Translations under genes and position numbers: made by a program
NCBI RefSeq assembly: GCF_964355755.1
Contig: NC_092672.1
Coordinates: forward strand, 35,842,437 to 35,906,436
DNA length: 64,000 nucleotides
DNA from: Antedon mediterranea
Lineage: Eukaryota > Animalia > Echinodermata
Reading direction: 5' to 3'
The notes under the pieces: generated by a model
What the model saw: only the letters and a program-made list of their open reading frames with translations
The model's database searches: none
Told to the model about the DNA's origin: nothing
Shown: one piece after another, positions 40,101 to 55,100 of the stretch
How positions within the stretch are numbered: position 1 is the stretch's first letter
How the letters are laid out: each line of letters starts with the position of its first letter

Positions 40101-43100
40101 TTGAATCATGTTCTTTGTACTGTAGCTGCTAAAGAATTAAAAATCTAGGAATTGCAAGCGAGTACTATCTAGTTTTGGTGACACAGGTCTCTCCTAAAGA
40201 CACCAACCGAATGTCTATATTACAATGTTTTTCATTGGATAACAAATAACAATTGGCGCCTGCAATAATTGATTTCACTGGGTGGGAAATAGAGAAAGCT
40301 GTAAACTTTGCCTACACAATCCTAGGCCACTGTTTGGTAGACAAACTACGACGTTTCTGATCTGACAAGCAATGGAGTGAGGTCAAATTACTGTGCAGAG
40401 TATAAATAACTTCTACGCAGCAAATTGGTATATTTTGTTTCTTGACAAGGGTGAACAATAAATTGACCATCCCGATAACGAATGAAAAAACTATGTATAA
40501 CTGTGTTTATACGCAAATGAAAGCTTACTATTAGACTATTAGGTAGGACTGGTGATGATCTCTAATCCAATCCCATCCTCTTTTGAAACCATTAAGGACA
40601 CTTGTAGAGCATATAAATGAATCTGTGTTACTGTATTACTGTACCTATAACATGTTTTTTTTTGCAGATTCTTTAACAGTCCCACGGACTAGACGGATAA
40701 ATTGCAATATGGCACATTCTATAAAACACAGGTATGACAAATATTCATTCTTTACATTACAGTTACTTTTTTATTGTAGAATGACGTTTTTTTTTCATCT
40801 ACTGAACTACGACCATGTAAATAAGGAATGAGGATGAAATAAAGTTAATCTGTATCTGTACTATAAGTAGAATCACTGCATTGAGACACCCCTATTAAGG
40901 AACACTTCCCTGTGACACAAAGGGAAAGATATATATTTGCACTATGGTCAACTCCTATTAAGGGGAAACGTTGTTGGGTCCCAAAGTTGTTTCCATAATA
41001 TGGGTTCTAAAATGGGTTTATAACACATTTCTTCATTAATCTCTCCCCCTCTGACAAAAAAAAAAAAACATGCTTTCTCAAGATTATGCATTCCATTTCT
41101 TAATAATTTTCATATGTATTTGACATGGCATGCCACGGTTGATTAAAAATGATATTTTAGAATATATTTAACATGCATGGCTTATCCTATATAGACAAAA
41201 GAAAGATATTTTGTCATACATACTAGCATTGTCTACACTATCAGACTTTATGTGACAAAAAAAATGTGACGTGCCCATTTATGGACATGATGATGTCGTA
41301 TCACTACCATATTTGGCCACTTTTTGTCAAACTAGTTTGATAGTGTAGACAGAGCCTAAAGAAAATCTAGATTATATATTAATTTAAAACAGTTGGTGTT
41401 GAAGATTAATTATTATTATTTTGTTTAATTATTTTGTTTAAAACATGCTTATAAACTTACTACACCTTTATTTTATGCTTCACTATTATTTACTGAAATT
41501 AATGCTTTTTATTTTATGAGTTTTTTTTTTAAAGTTATCAGTTTCTTTTCTGCAGAAAATTTCACAATTTTGAACCCCATTTATTACGAAGATCTCTATG
41601 GCATTCGGTGAAAACAAATGTATTTCCCAATAGGTGAGATAATAAAGATGAGTGTTGGCATCACCTAACATGTGTGTTCACACTCTGACGGGACCCTTCC
41701 ATCTTTACCTGTCAATCATCAATAACGATTAATATGTCAGTCTTAAAGCTTGGTTCACACTATCAAACTTTATGTGACAAAAAAATTTGATGTGCCCATA
41801 TATGGACATGATGATATCCATATATGGACATGATGATATCACTACCATATTTAGGAATTTTACTACCATATTTGGGCATATTACACTTTTTTTGTCGGCT
41901 ACTTTGATAGTGTAGACAGCTGTTTAGAGTTTGGTTCCCACTAGCAATTCGAGGACGTAAGTACAACAGAAGTAATTTGACCAATCACAAGTGATGGATT
42001 ATTCAAATTGTTGCTTGTCATTGGTCAACTTGCTTGCCTTGCGCTTACGTTGTTGATTGCGTCCTAGTGGAAACAAAGCTTGAACGCTTTCTGGAGTTTG
42101 TACAAAGAAAAAGAATGTGACTTCTAATAATGAAGAGTATGGATGACAATGGCATCATTTTGGAACTTAATCTTAAATTTGATTGTAAATAGTTAAAAAC
42201 TTCCAAAGAGCAGTTCTAAGGTTGACATATTAATAACATGAAATGCTTTCTTCATTTTATTAACAATTTCTTCATCAGGTTGTAACAGCGATCATTTATT
42301 AAATTGACTTTTTTCCTCTAAATTACTCTATTTTACTAATTAAAATGATTTATGTTTTTCTAATTGACTAAAAAAAAGTATTCTTTCTTTCACCAATTCA
42401 TTCATTTTCTATCCATTATTCTTCTTTGCTCATTCATTCATTTTCTATCCATTATTCTTCTTCGCTCATTCATTCTTATTTTTACATTAACTTCTTTTTA
42501 TCGTCAATATTCCTTACTCAGTTATAATCCTTCTTTTTGGAATTCCTCCCACTTTTTTCCTTTTGCTGAAGGATAATAAGCCCTTACGGAATAAATTTTG
42601 ACCAAAAGCCAGGAAGTTGTTTTAAGGTCGTATTATGCATTAGTTAGAAAGATATGTGTAGTAAATCTAGTAAGGTAATCTTGTAGGAGAGAATACCAAA
42701 ATGAGGAGCTTAGGTAGTTGTTTTAAGGTCATATTTAGAAAAGACATGGTCAATAGTAAATCTAGATACCTTAATCTTGTAGGAGAGAATATCAGAATGA
42801 GTAGCTTAGGTAGTTGTTTTAATGTCATATTTAGAAAAGACATGGTCAATAGTAAATCTAGATACCTTAATCTTGTAGGAGAGAATATCAGAATGAGTAG
42901 CTTAGGTAGTTGTTTTAATGTCATATTTAGAAAAGACATGATAGTAAATCTAGATACCTTAATCTTGTAGGAGAGAATATCAGAATGAGTAGCTTAGGTA
43001 GTTGTTTTAATGTCATATTTAGAAAAGACATGATAGTAAATCTAGATACCTTAATCTTGTAGGAGAGAATATCAGAATGAGTAGCTTAGGTAGTTGTTTT

Positions 43101-46100
43101 AATGTCATATTTAGAAAAGACATGATAGTAAATCTAGATACCTTAATTTTGTAGGAGAGAATATCAGAATGAGTAGCTTAGGTAGTTGTTTTAATGTCAT
43201 ATTTAGAAAAGACATGATAGTAAATCTAGATACCTTAATCTTGTAGGAGAGAATATCAGAATGAGTAGCTTAGGTAGTTGTTTTAATGTCATATTTAGAA
43301 AAGACATGATAGTAAATCTAGATACCTTAATCTTGTAGGAGAGAATATCAGAATGAGTAGCTTAGGTAGTTGTTTTAATGTCATATTTAGAAAAGTTGTG
43401 TACAGTATAGTAAATCTAAATGCACTAATCTTTTCTTTTAGAAGAGAATATATGAGTAGCTTAGGTAGTTGTTTTAAGGTCATATATTGCATTTGAGGTT
43501 TAGAAAAGAAATGACGTGTATAGTCAAGCTAGATACGGTAATCTTGTTTTTTAAGAGAGAATATTAGAATTATTAAAATAAATGGCTTAGGTAATAGTTT
43601 TAAGGTCATAACTCAAATTTTGCATTGGAGGTTTAGAAAAGACGTGTATAATAAAGCTAGATTGGTAATCTTTTCCTTTAGGAGAGAATATTAAAATGAA
43701 TGGCTTAGGCAGATTATAAAAAGTAAATCCAGTGTGTTTCCCCACTGGATTAGTTGACATGCGATTTATGAAATCAAAGTTACTCCTTTACACCTGTACC
43801 ATAGGGGTTCATTGTAAGCCCAGTCCTCAATGTCTGGTAAAGACAGATTGGCTAGCAAACTTATCTTCTCTCCTTTAAGCTGGTGCAAAATATTTCCAGT
43901 ATCAATTTAGTTTTGGCTTGTAGACTAGTATACAAATAATGAATGTTTATGAGTGTAATGGTACAAATAATGGCACGAGGTGAATGATGAAAGGTTATAT
44001 CAACGAGGCAAAGCCGAGTTGATATAACCTTTCATCATTCACCAAGTGCCATTATTTGTACCATTACACGAATACAAAACATTCATTATTTGTTTTATAT
44101 AACATCTAAATAAATTCTAGTTATTTGAATCAAATAAAAGGTAGCCCTACCCTAGCCAAAGCTTACTACATTTCATTCACACACATTGATTAAAAACAGT
44201 AACATTTGGTTTTTAATAATGTTATATTAAATGTTATATTTATATGGATTTCGTAAACACACCTACTTTTGTGTTAATTATGTCAACAAACGACCAAACA
44301 ATCCAAAGCCTAGCCTAAATACTAGCATGGCCTAGGCTAGGTCTAGTAGCCTAGTACTAGCTTGGCTGAAAGGCAAAACTTCGACAGACAATTGGAACTT
44401 ATCTAAGCTAATTATGGTTTTTCCAACAATTCCACGTCTTGTAGGGATGTCCCCATTAATTAATCAAAATCCTAAAAACGATCTAAAGCTAATTTAAATG
44501 CCTTTTTGAATGAAATTAGTACATAATGTCCAAATCGTACACAAATATCTGCTGCTGTTGCATATCTCGCGGTGGTGTTTACAAATGAAACTGAGACCAG
44601 ACGACAGGTGGCGCTGTTGCATTTCACAGTACATAGCCATATCATATAGGATAATTTGTGTACTAGATTTTTTTTCATCTGCGAGACGTTTTTTTTTTCG
44701 TACACAAAAATGTTTCAAAAAGTACTATTAAAGAATCGTTTAATAGTGCGTACTATTGCACGCCATGTGACCCACAATCGTCCAATCAAATGACAGGAAT
44801 TTATTTAGGTGTTATATAATAGTACTTAAGAACTACCCCAGTGAGTTAATGAGCAAACTAAATCCAGCATTGTGTAACTAGTCAATCAGTTTAGTTAACT
44901 AGTTTCTAACTAGCCACTTTAGAGGTTATAATAACTAATAACCTACTAGTCAACTAGTTAAGTCAGTCTAGTTAACTTGCCAACTAGCTAGTCAATTAGT
45001 ATAGTTAACTAGTTAACTAACTATCTACTTTGTCTGGTTGTAGTAACTAATAACCTACTACTCTAGTCAATTAGTTAATTAAACAGTCAGTTAATCTAGT
45101 TAACTTATCAACTAACTAGTCAATAAACTGGAGTTTTTCTAGTCAACTAGATATTTACCTATTCTACAGTATTATTAGATACATTTTTCACAGGATTTAT
45201 AATTATGTAATTTTTATATTTATTTTACTAATATACTAAAAATATTGTGTGCATAATAATGTTGAGTAATCTCCTGTTTTTGTTGTGTTTCATTAGTTAT
45301 CCGCATAGTAGCGGATAACTCCTTGTAACTGTCCTGTTTCATCATCTTTTTTTTTTCTGTATTATTGGTTATCCGCAACGAAGTTGCAGGATAACCTCTT
45401 GTGATTGTACGAAATCATCATCATCATCATCTTTTTATTTGGCTTCTTTCTTTCTGTATGATTTTTGTCTAACGCTTTTCTCTAAAACTTGCAAACATAA
45501 CATTTTGTAACTTTCTCGACATATCGTCATGCACATGAAGTGAAGCTTTTCATGACGTTTACAATTGCGCAACGTGACTTACGCGCGATTTAACGATTTT
45601 GTCGTATTTAACATAGGTCGACAACCAAATAACATTTCAAATTGAAACTTTGCAAAAGTTTAATTTATATCATGCGCTAACTTTCTGTTGAAAAAAAATT
45701 GCATGTTTTACACAAAGTTACGCGCGCACACGCATTTAAAATTTCAAAATGCGCAAAATTAATTTCTAATCAACTTTCTACGCGTTTCATGTCGTTTTAA
45801 GCATGTCAAAAATTACCACGCGTGCGCACATTTTTACGTGTGCAGTGCGCACGTAGCATTGAAAACATATTTTTTTCGCATGATTTATGTTTTTCCAGCC
45901 TTTTCTAGTAATTTTACCAAATTTTAAACAATTTTGACTTAAAGTTACGTCATACGAGCACGTCGAATTGGACAATTTGCGCGTGTTTTTGATGAAAAGG
46001 TTAAAAAATTCGTTAAAAATATGCCTTTTTTTAAACACACAAAATGACACAAAATTGACAGAATTCAGCACTAACAGCATATGACATTCTTCAGTTCAGG

Positions 46101-49100
46101 TCATAATGCCATAATCTTTTTCCGTGTGCAAAATTCCAACGTATGACGTGCGCGTGGCGTTTGTCGTGCGGATAACTAACTTGTCAAAGTGACGAGTTCA
46201 AGTCTAGTATTATTCTTCTTTCTCCTCCATTTTGTGTCTCGCGTATCTCAAAAACTTGTAAACATAACATTTCATAACTTTGTCATCACATGGACATTTA
46301 CGTGAAGTTGTGCACCTCCCATTTTTGAATGACGTCAGAGTTGCGCAACGTGACTTACGCGCAATTTTATGATTTTTAATTATTCGAACAATTTTACACG
46401 CGTGGTGCACACATGGCGCTAAAAACATCTTTTTTTTATGTGAATTATGTTTTTTCAGCCTTTTATAGTAATTTTACCAATTTTAAAACAATTTCGACTT
46501 AAAAATACGTCACACGAGCATGTCGAATTGTACAATTTGCACGTGTTTTTAATGAATAAGTTTAAAATTCCTCAAAATTATGCCTGTTTTTAAACAATCA
46601 TAGATTCTAAACTACGAGGTGAACTTTTTTTAAATTACATATTCTGGAAGGTGATGAGTTGTAGATATCGGATCATAAATCAATATGGCTAACCGGACAT
46701 TGCGACGTCATCGTATGGCCAGACGAATGTAAAATATAGGATTTTTGTCTCTTTCGTTATTGCTCATCACATTTAACAGAGCGCATCTCGCTTATACGTA
46801 TTCCATTTCCCCCTGAGATTTTAATATTGTCTACATCAATCAACTATCTTTCGCATGAGTTAAAAATATTTTAATTTTTATGACGTCATCATGTCTAAAA
46901 ATGTTAATATATAATGTTGGTCACTTATTTTCATCTTTACAGTAAATTTCAATCTGTTATAGCTCGTCAGAATAAAAAGTGATAATCATGAATAAAACAT
47001 TTTCTGGAAGCTATTGGATTATAGATACATTTTGCCAATCAGAGGTTGTGACGTCATCATATAGCCAGTTGAATAAAAAAATTCGTATTTTCATATTTTG
47101 CGTTTTAGTTCATCACATTTCAAATAGCGCACATCCATATTTCACGTGTTCAAATTTCTTCTACACGTTAATATGTTTTTGCTGAGATAATTTCTTTCCA
47201 AATTGCTATCTTCGTGTTTCATTTCGATACCGTCACCATGTTAAAAATTGGAATAAATGGCGGGTCCCGTAATTTTGCCTATTCTACACTGTATGTAATA
47301 TGTATAAAGATTTTACTGTGTACTGTAAACTGTATATATGACACAAAATAGACAGAATTTAGCACTAACAACATATCATATTCTTCAGTTCAGGTCATAA
47401 TGCCATAATCTTTTTCTGTGTGCAACATTCCAACGTATGACGTGCACATGGCGTTTGTCGAGCGGATAACTAACTCGTCAAAGTGACGAGTTTCATGTCT
47501 ATTTCTTTCTTTCTGTCATTTTTGTGCAGAGCGTATCTCAAAAACGTGTAAAGTTAACATTTCATAACTTTGTCAACATATGGGTATTCACCTGAAGTTG
47601 TGCTTTTCTATTTTTGAATGACGTCAGAATTGCGCAACATGACTTACACGCGTTTTAACGAATTTTGCGTATTTAACATAAATCGAAAACCATATAACAA
47701 TTTAAATTGAAACTTAGCAAAAGTTTAATTTATATCTTGCGCTAACTGACTGTGAAAAAAAAATGGGCTGTTTCACACAAAGTTTAAAATTTGAAAATGC
47801 GAAAAATAAATTTCTAATCAACTTTCTACGCGTTTCATGTCATTTTGAGCATGTAAAAAATTCCCATGCGCGCGCATATTTTACGCGTGCGGTGCGTACG
47901 TAGCGTTGAAAACAATTTTTTTCGCGTGATTTATGTTTTTCCAGCCTTTTCTAGTAATTTTACCAAATTTTAAACAATTTCGACTTAAAATGACGTCATA
48001 CAAGCACGTAGAATTGGATAATTTATGTGCGTTTTTTATGAAAAAGTTCAAAAATTCGTCAAAATTTGTCAAAATTATACCTTTTTTTAAACAGTCGTAG
48101 TTTCTAAACTAAACGGTAAAAGTTATTTTTATTACGTATTCTGGAAGATGATGAGTTGCAGATATCGGATCATAAATCAATATGGCTAACCGGACATTGT
48201 GACGTCATCGTATGGCCACTCGAATATAAAATATAGGATTTTTGTATCTTTCGTCACAGCTCATCACATTTAATAGAGCGCATCTCCACTTATCCTTTTT
48301 TCATTTTCACCCCGATTTTGATACTGTCTAGGTCAATCAACTATCTTTCGTATGAGTTAAAAATATTATAATTTTAATGACTTCATCATGTCTAAAAATG
48401 TAAATAACGTGGGTCACTTATTTTCATCTTTACAGTAAATTTCAATCAAAATACAAAATAGGAATAAATGGCGGCTCCCGTAATTTCACCTATTCTACAC
48501 TGTATGTAATATGTATACAGACACAAAATTGACAGAATTCAGCACTAACAACATATCATATTGTTCAGTTCAATTCATAATGCTATAATCTTTTTCTGTG
48601 TGCTATATTCCAACATATGACGTGCGCGTGGCGTTTGTCGTGCGGATAACTAACTCGTCAAAGTGACGAGTTCAAATCTAGTTTTCTTTTGTTTTTACTT
48701 ACCACACAGTGTTTTAACTAATTTAACACATTTTAAGTACAATTTTTAAAGATTTAGTTTGAAAAAATTCTATTTCATATAATACTGTATAACCTGACTT
48801 AAAAGTTAAATGTTATAAAGTATGTATGTTGTGTCAATAGTTCATGTGTATGTTTGATTTATCACTTGTCCTTAAATTTGGACAAAGATTCTGTGTTAAG
48901 CCATATTCCCCATGAGGGGCGGCAGTGGTGGATATATCATTTTTTTATGATCATAAATCAATTTTCTAACCAAATTAAATAACCTCATTGTATTATTAGC
49001 ATACACACCCTGTTTTTATATTCTTGTTCATTGTAATCTTACACTTACAGTTAAAAAAAAAAAAAAAATTTGGAGTCAATTTTGGAGGCTGCTCCTAAGA

Positions 49101-52100
49101 CGCATCCTTAGCCTCTAGGAAAATAGAAAATACAGCATATTGTATTCAAAGATATAATGTCAAAATTGTTTATTTATTTAACCCAAATATACAGAATCGT
49201 TATTATGGTAATATTAGTGTAAGTTTAAAGTGTTTGTTATTGTTAGTTAATTTCAAGGTCAATTCACACAGTCGAGCGGTAATGGCAAGTGGAAAAACCA
49301 CGTAGCTTGTCCCATGTAGAATCTGTATCTATCCTGAGCGGAAATCACTCGTTCGCTCAGGAGTTGTATGTAAATGGTCATTAGCAATAACTTGATTCTA
49401 TTTTTTTTTTTCGTTACCGCTCGTCTGTGTGTATGGGCCTTTAGTGTGTATTTTAAGGTTAGGGTTGTTAGTTAGGGATGTTTTGGAGTAGGAAGGTGTT
49501 AAGAATTAGAATATTGCAGTTGTTATTTACTTGGATATTTGGTACAGCAATGCTTCAATACCATTCAAAGACATAACATACCGCAGACTTTCAAGCTTTT
49601 GTTTGATCAATAGATCAAATTTGTCAGTCATTCGTGACACATTGTCAATCATGAAAAGCTATCGCTGGTTTTATGATTCTTTCTGAACAATCGCAGATAA
49701 CACTGCAACACTAAGCCAATAAGATTGAGAATAGATTAAGATTATTATCTAATCCTAGGTGTTAACAAAATGTACAAGTTGATCATCATTAAGGTCATTG
49801 TATTAAAAATTGATTTTTAAAAATGGTAACTAAAATTCCGAAATGGTAGATAACATATAACATTGTTTAATGTGAACATGTCCATGGAGAATTTGCCTAT
49901 TGGTTGGTGACACTAAGGTTACTAGCCGTTTGATATCTAAGACACAAAATATAAACCGCACTCCTATTTATGTACTGGTTCAGCAGAGGATGAGTGGAGC
50001 CACCTATTAATCGTGACTTATTCAGATTCAAATTATTATTGTCCGTGGAGGTATTCCATCGCGCGGGCTACGTGTGTTGCGTAGGCCTAGCCTAGATCCT
50101 TAAGAAGGCTGGTGTCCTAGTGATCAGGAGGTATTCCATCGCGCGGGCTATGTGTGTAGCGTAGGCCTAGCCTAGATCCTTAAGAAGGCTGGTGTCCTAG
50201 TGATAAGGAGCTACTACATCGCGCTTATTATTAAAACTTTATTTAGAATAAACAATACAAATCAATAATTCACAGTTTTCAAATATAATTTGACTGAAAT
50301 TCACTTTACTAAATTCTCAGAAAATCACTGCGAGATCATTCTCTTCCATAATTTTGGTAAATTTTCACAGTGTTATGATGTATATATTGTGAAAAGCACT
50401 CAAAATATTTTCCTATGTGGATGAAATAAAGTTGAATCTTGAATCTTGAATCTTGTCATACTCATCCACTTGTACTCATGTTAGAGAGCGAATGACAAAA
50501 TGCCACTGAAAAAGTGCTCAACTTTGCGAGTCGACGTGGCAGCAGTCGCCTAGCGCATGTGCATTATATCTATTTATTTTTATTTATTTCATTTCCCAAT
50601 CATCAAATAACAAAATAGGGTAGCAGTCGACATGAAAATCTAAAAGTCACTAGCGTTTGAATTGGTAATATAGAACAGTACTATTATCCGTCTTTCATGC
50701 TTGAATAGTTTTCGAACATTTCAAACAGGATACCCTTCACCTTAGCTCTTCAAGGAAATTATTAAAAGGTTGTTAACATTCTAGGTTAAGGCTGAATGAA
50801 CCAGGCTAGATTTTTTTTCTTTCCAAGTTCGCCTTATTAGGTGGAAAAATTCAAGAGCGTTCTTCCTTCTCACAAGTCCGGAAAACCTGGATTTTGGTAG
50901 TCTGTATTGTTGGTATGATTTGAGAGTACCGAGTATTGCACTACTAACAGTTAAGACCCAAAACACACTTTACACCGATTTTTCTAATTTTAAGAAAAAG
51001 CAAATATTGTAATGTGTATGACTTAATTTGCACAATATCATCATAAAATGGCCAATATAAATTTGACCAGTATGAATTTGACCAGTATGAATTTGACCAG
51101 TATGAATTTGACCAGTATGAATTTGACCAGTTATTTAGAATTAAATTATTTATAATGGTGCATGGCCTTGCTTATATTATAATGATATTACTGGTATGCA
51201 TAATTCTGATTTTGGATGGTACATAGCATAATAATTATTATTGTTCTGATCATACAATAATAAGTAATAAGTAAATAAAAAATATTACATAATTAAGAAA
51301 AACCTACTTATTAGTGGATATTTGTTGGTACATAAGCATGATATCTGCGTGGGGGAGGTGAAAAGGGGTATTTGGTTATAACTGTGCCATATTTAATAAT
51401 AATATTAAACACAGTTTAACCTACCAAAACTTGCCAAATTTCATATCATAAACACCCAGTATACACCTGGTATTACATTACCTGTTTATTATAGGCCTAT
51501 GGTCTGTATTTGGTGAATATCTTCGTCCTTCGTCTACCTTAAAAAACGCACACTAATTTATACAGCGCCCTCAATCAGTGCTGATTAGCTTCCTGTCCGC
51601 TCTCTTCAGAGTAGCTTAAGCTCTGTCTACACTATCAAATTTTATGTGACAAGAAAATGTGATGTGCCCATATATGGACATGTTGATGTCATATCACTAC
51701 CATATTTGGGTCTATCGCTACCATATTTGAGGATATCACTACCATATTTGGGCACGCATTTTTTGTCAAACTAGTTTGATAGTGTAGACATGGCTTACTC
51801 CATTCAGATATTGACAATCAAAAGCTTTGACTATTGCAAAATCTTTTTACATGCCCTCAATACAAATCGTCATACCATTTAACTTTAATTATTTTTTAAA
51901 TTTAATTTAATTAATATATGCTTATTTAGAATGTTTGTATCAAAGCATCAGTAGCAATAACAAAATTAATTTGAATTGAAAACAAGATATGTTTTAGAAA
52001 AATATTTACAACATGGTTAAATTTTATGTGACAAAAAATTTGAGGTGCTCATATTTGGGCACATCACACTTTTGTCAAACTAGTTTGATAGTGTAGACAG

Positions 52101-55100
52101 AGCTTTATACATAAAAGAAAAGTAGTTGGAATTAATTTTGACACGGATCTTGCTATCTGAAGTTGTCAGAAATTCTCATGATTTTTGTATCATGGGATAA
52201 TTTTCCAAGAACTAGTATGGATCATAATATAGCTATTGTACAATGACAAGTTAATGATTGAACTATAGAGGGCAGTACGTACTTATCACTTTGGACCGAA
52301 CTTTCTAAAGGTTGAGTCTATGTAATTAATTTTGTAAAATATTTTTTTTAAACAAAAACTTTAACATTTTGTATGGTTTGGTTATGATACAAATGTTCTA
52401 AAGCTTTATATTAAATATTTTAATCAATTTTATTACAGTTCAGCGATTTTGGTGGTGATCACGTTAGTAACGTTTAGTTTAGTTTTAAAACTTTAGTTTA
52501 GTAATTAAATCTTAATTTCTTTAATTTTTTGTAAGGTTTGTAAAGAAGACAATGGTTACAAAAACATGTGATTATTGCCACGAAAAAATCATCATTTCTG
52601 GAGTTAAATGCAAAGATTGCAAGTAAGTTGTTATACGTTCATTGTAACATCCCAGTCTACTGCCGACGTGATCTGTGTAAAACCAAGGCAATCTGACAAC
52701 AGGACACTGAGCTCACCTCAACAATATAAGAACTCGTTCTTTGATCTTATGTCTGGCTGCGACAAATACCAACAGTACTGGACTATGTGCATATTCTCCA
52801 CGGTGTCTGTTAAGGTGTGTGGGACTGATGGTGTCGCAGCCACAGACAACCCCTTTGATCCTTGCCAAGATAGGAACTTGTAACAGTCATTTGATCTTAT
52901 GTCTGGCTGCAACAAATACCAACAGTACTGGACTATGTGCATATTCTCCACGGTGTCTGTTAAGGTGTGTGGGACTGATGGTGTCGCAGCCACAGACAAC
53001 CCCTTTGATCCTTGCCAAGATAGGAACTCGTAACAGTCCTTTGATCTTAAGTCTGGCTGTGACAAATACCAACAGTACTGGACTATGTGCATATTCTCCG
53101 CAGCGTGCGGTGTCTGTTAAGGTACGTGGAACTGATCTTATCGCTGCCACAGATAAACCCACTGATCTCTGGAGCTCAGCATCCTGTTAGATTGCCATGG
53201 TAAAACATACCATTTGCAGTATTTCAATTATTTTACTTTTATCAGGGAATTTTCTTATATTGGTTTTATCCAGGTAAGCGGCATTCATAGACTACTGACA
53301 TACCTGGTTTGTGTACTGTTTACAATGGAGATTTTATTGGTTTGATTGATAAAAAAAGTCTAATGATTGGTTATTAAGGAAGTAATTATGATGTTTCTTT
53401 TGTTCTTTTCAAGATATACATGTCACACACGATGTGAGCCATCGGCAGAACTCTTGCCATCCTGCGGCCTTCCTAGAAAATACGAAGAAATATTCAAAGA
53501 ATCCATAACGCAAGGTAAAAATATGCACTGTATTTCGAAGTGTGTTTATAGTTTAAAGGCTTTCCATTCTACAATTAAGACCAGTATTAAATTTGTTTGC
53601 ATTGCGCCAAATGGTTTTGCATTGCTTTTACGAACAAACCAAATTTTAAAATCGATTGAAAGGCCTTGCATTGCAGATAACAGATAATATTGTGTTTAAT
53701 AAGTTAGATAATAATCTTGCATTGTATTATTTAATTGACAAAATAAACTGAATGGCTAAATAGACTGCATTTTACACTTTTATTTTATAGATAACATTTA
53801 ATTATCTAGGAAACTTTGCTTTTGCAATAAATGTAGTTGTTAGACTAAATGTGTGTGGTTGTGGGTATTACTAATTGGTAGGTTTTTTTTCATGGTAGTG
53901 CATCTTTGTTTAGCTTCTTTTTTTATAAATAAAAATGGATTTAATTGGGTTTTTATATTCAAAGTAATTTATATATTATTTATCCATCCTGAAATTGGCG
54001 AATTACTTGCCCTTGCTGTTGGTTGCATATAAATACAAACAAATAATTTATGTCAATATATAATTTCATTCATTCATTTATTTTATTTCGGAATATCATT
54101 TTGACATAATATTATATCCATAGCAGAAGAGAGAGAAAAACAAAATCTTAATCTAACAGCTCATAGAACAAAAACAAAGATATGTAAATATATAAAGTCA
54201 ATGCAACAAAGCATTCCATTGTTCTTTACTTATTTGTCTTTTTTTATGTATAAGTCTGGTATAAAGAATTCAAAGGCCTCAAATGTTTAACCTTAGATGG
54301 GTTTATAGTTCTCTAACTATACATTCAACTCTTCCAAAACCTGTTTTATAAGTTATGGTTTTCTTGAAAATCTGCTTCCAACTTTATATTTTAAACCTAT
54401 AAAAGAACATTTAATTTGGGGAGATTCCCATTTTCAGTGCGTGTTTTTGAAAGAGTTTATTGTAATTCTGCAAGCTTTAAGCTTTGTCTACAATATCAAC
54501 CTTTATGTGACAAAAAATGTGATGTAGTTGCCCATATATGGACATGATGATATCATATCACTACCATATTTGGGCACATCATGCTTTTTTTTTGTCAAAC
54601 TGGTTTGATAGTGTAGACAGAGCTTTAAAATTGTTTACACATTGCTTTTTCATGTTAACCATGTTATTTTTCCTTCTGCATGTCTTTCAATCTTTGTCTT
54701 TTTTATGTATTTTATCTCTTCCCTTCATCTATTAGGTTCTCATGTTATGTCACCATCGCCTATTTTTCCTCGAAAACCAGGTACAGAATTTCACACTTTC
54801 ACTTTGTCATTTCTTTAAAGCTCTGTCTACACTATGAAACATGACAAAAAAATGTGATGTACCCATATATGGACATGATAATGTCATACCACTACCATGT
54901 TTGGGCATATCACTACAATATTTGGGCATACCAATCTATTTTTGTCAAACTAGTTTGATCGTGTAGACAGAGCTTAAGTATACCTTCATCTTTTGTCCTT
55001 TTTATGTGTTAACTTGTTATACTATATTGAGTTGTACAATTGAATTCAGTGTTTCTTTTAATTAAGGACCACTTCTGAGATCTTGACTTTAGCAGTGTAT

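Noticed and set aside
42667-43492. Repetitive ORFs ([15 protein letters not shown]...)
   Set aside because: Products of the 92-96-bp tandem repeat.
52608-53190. Kazal-like protein (VCGTDGV motif)
   Set aside because: Lacks the TYxNxC and cysteine spacing, has a stop in each unit, and no splice sites fit. Better explained by nucleotide-level hairpin repeats.
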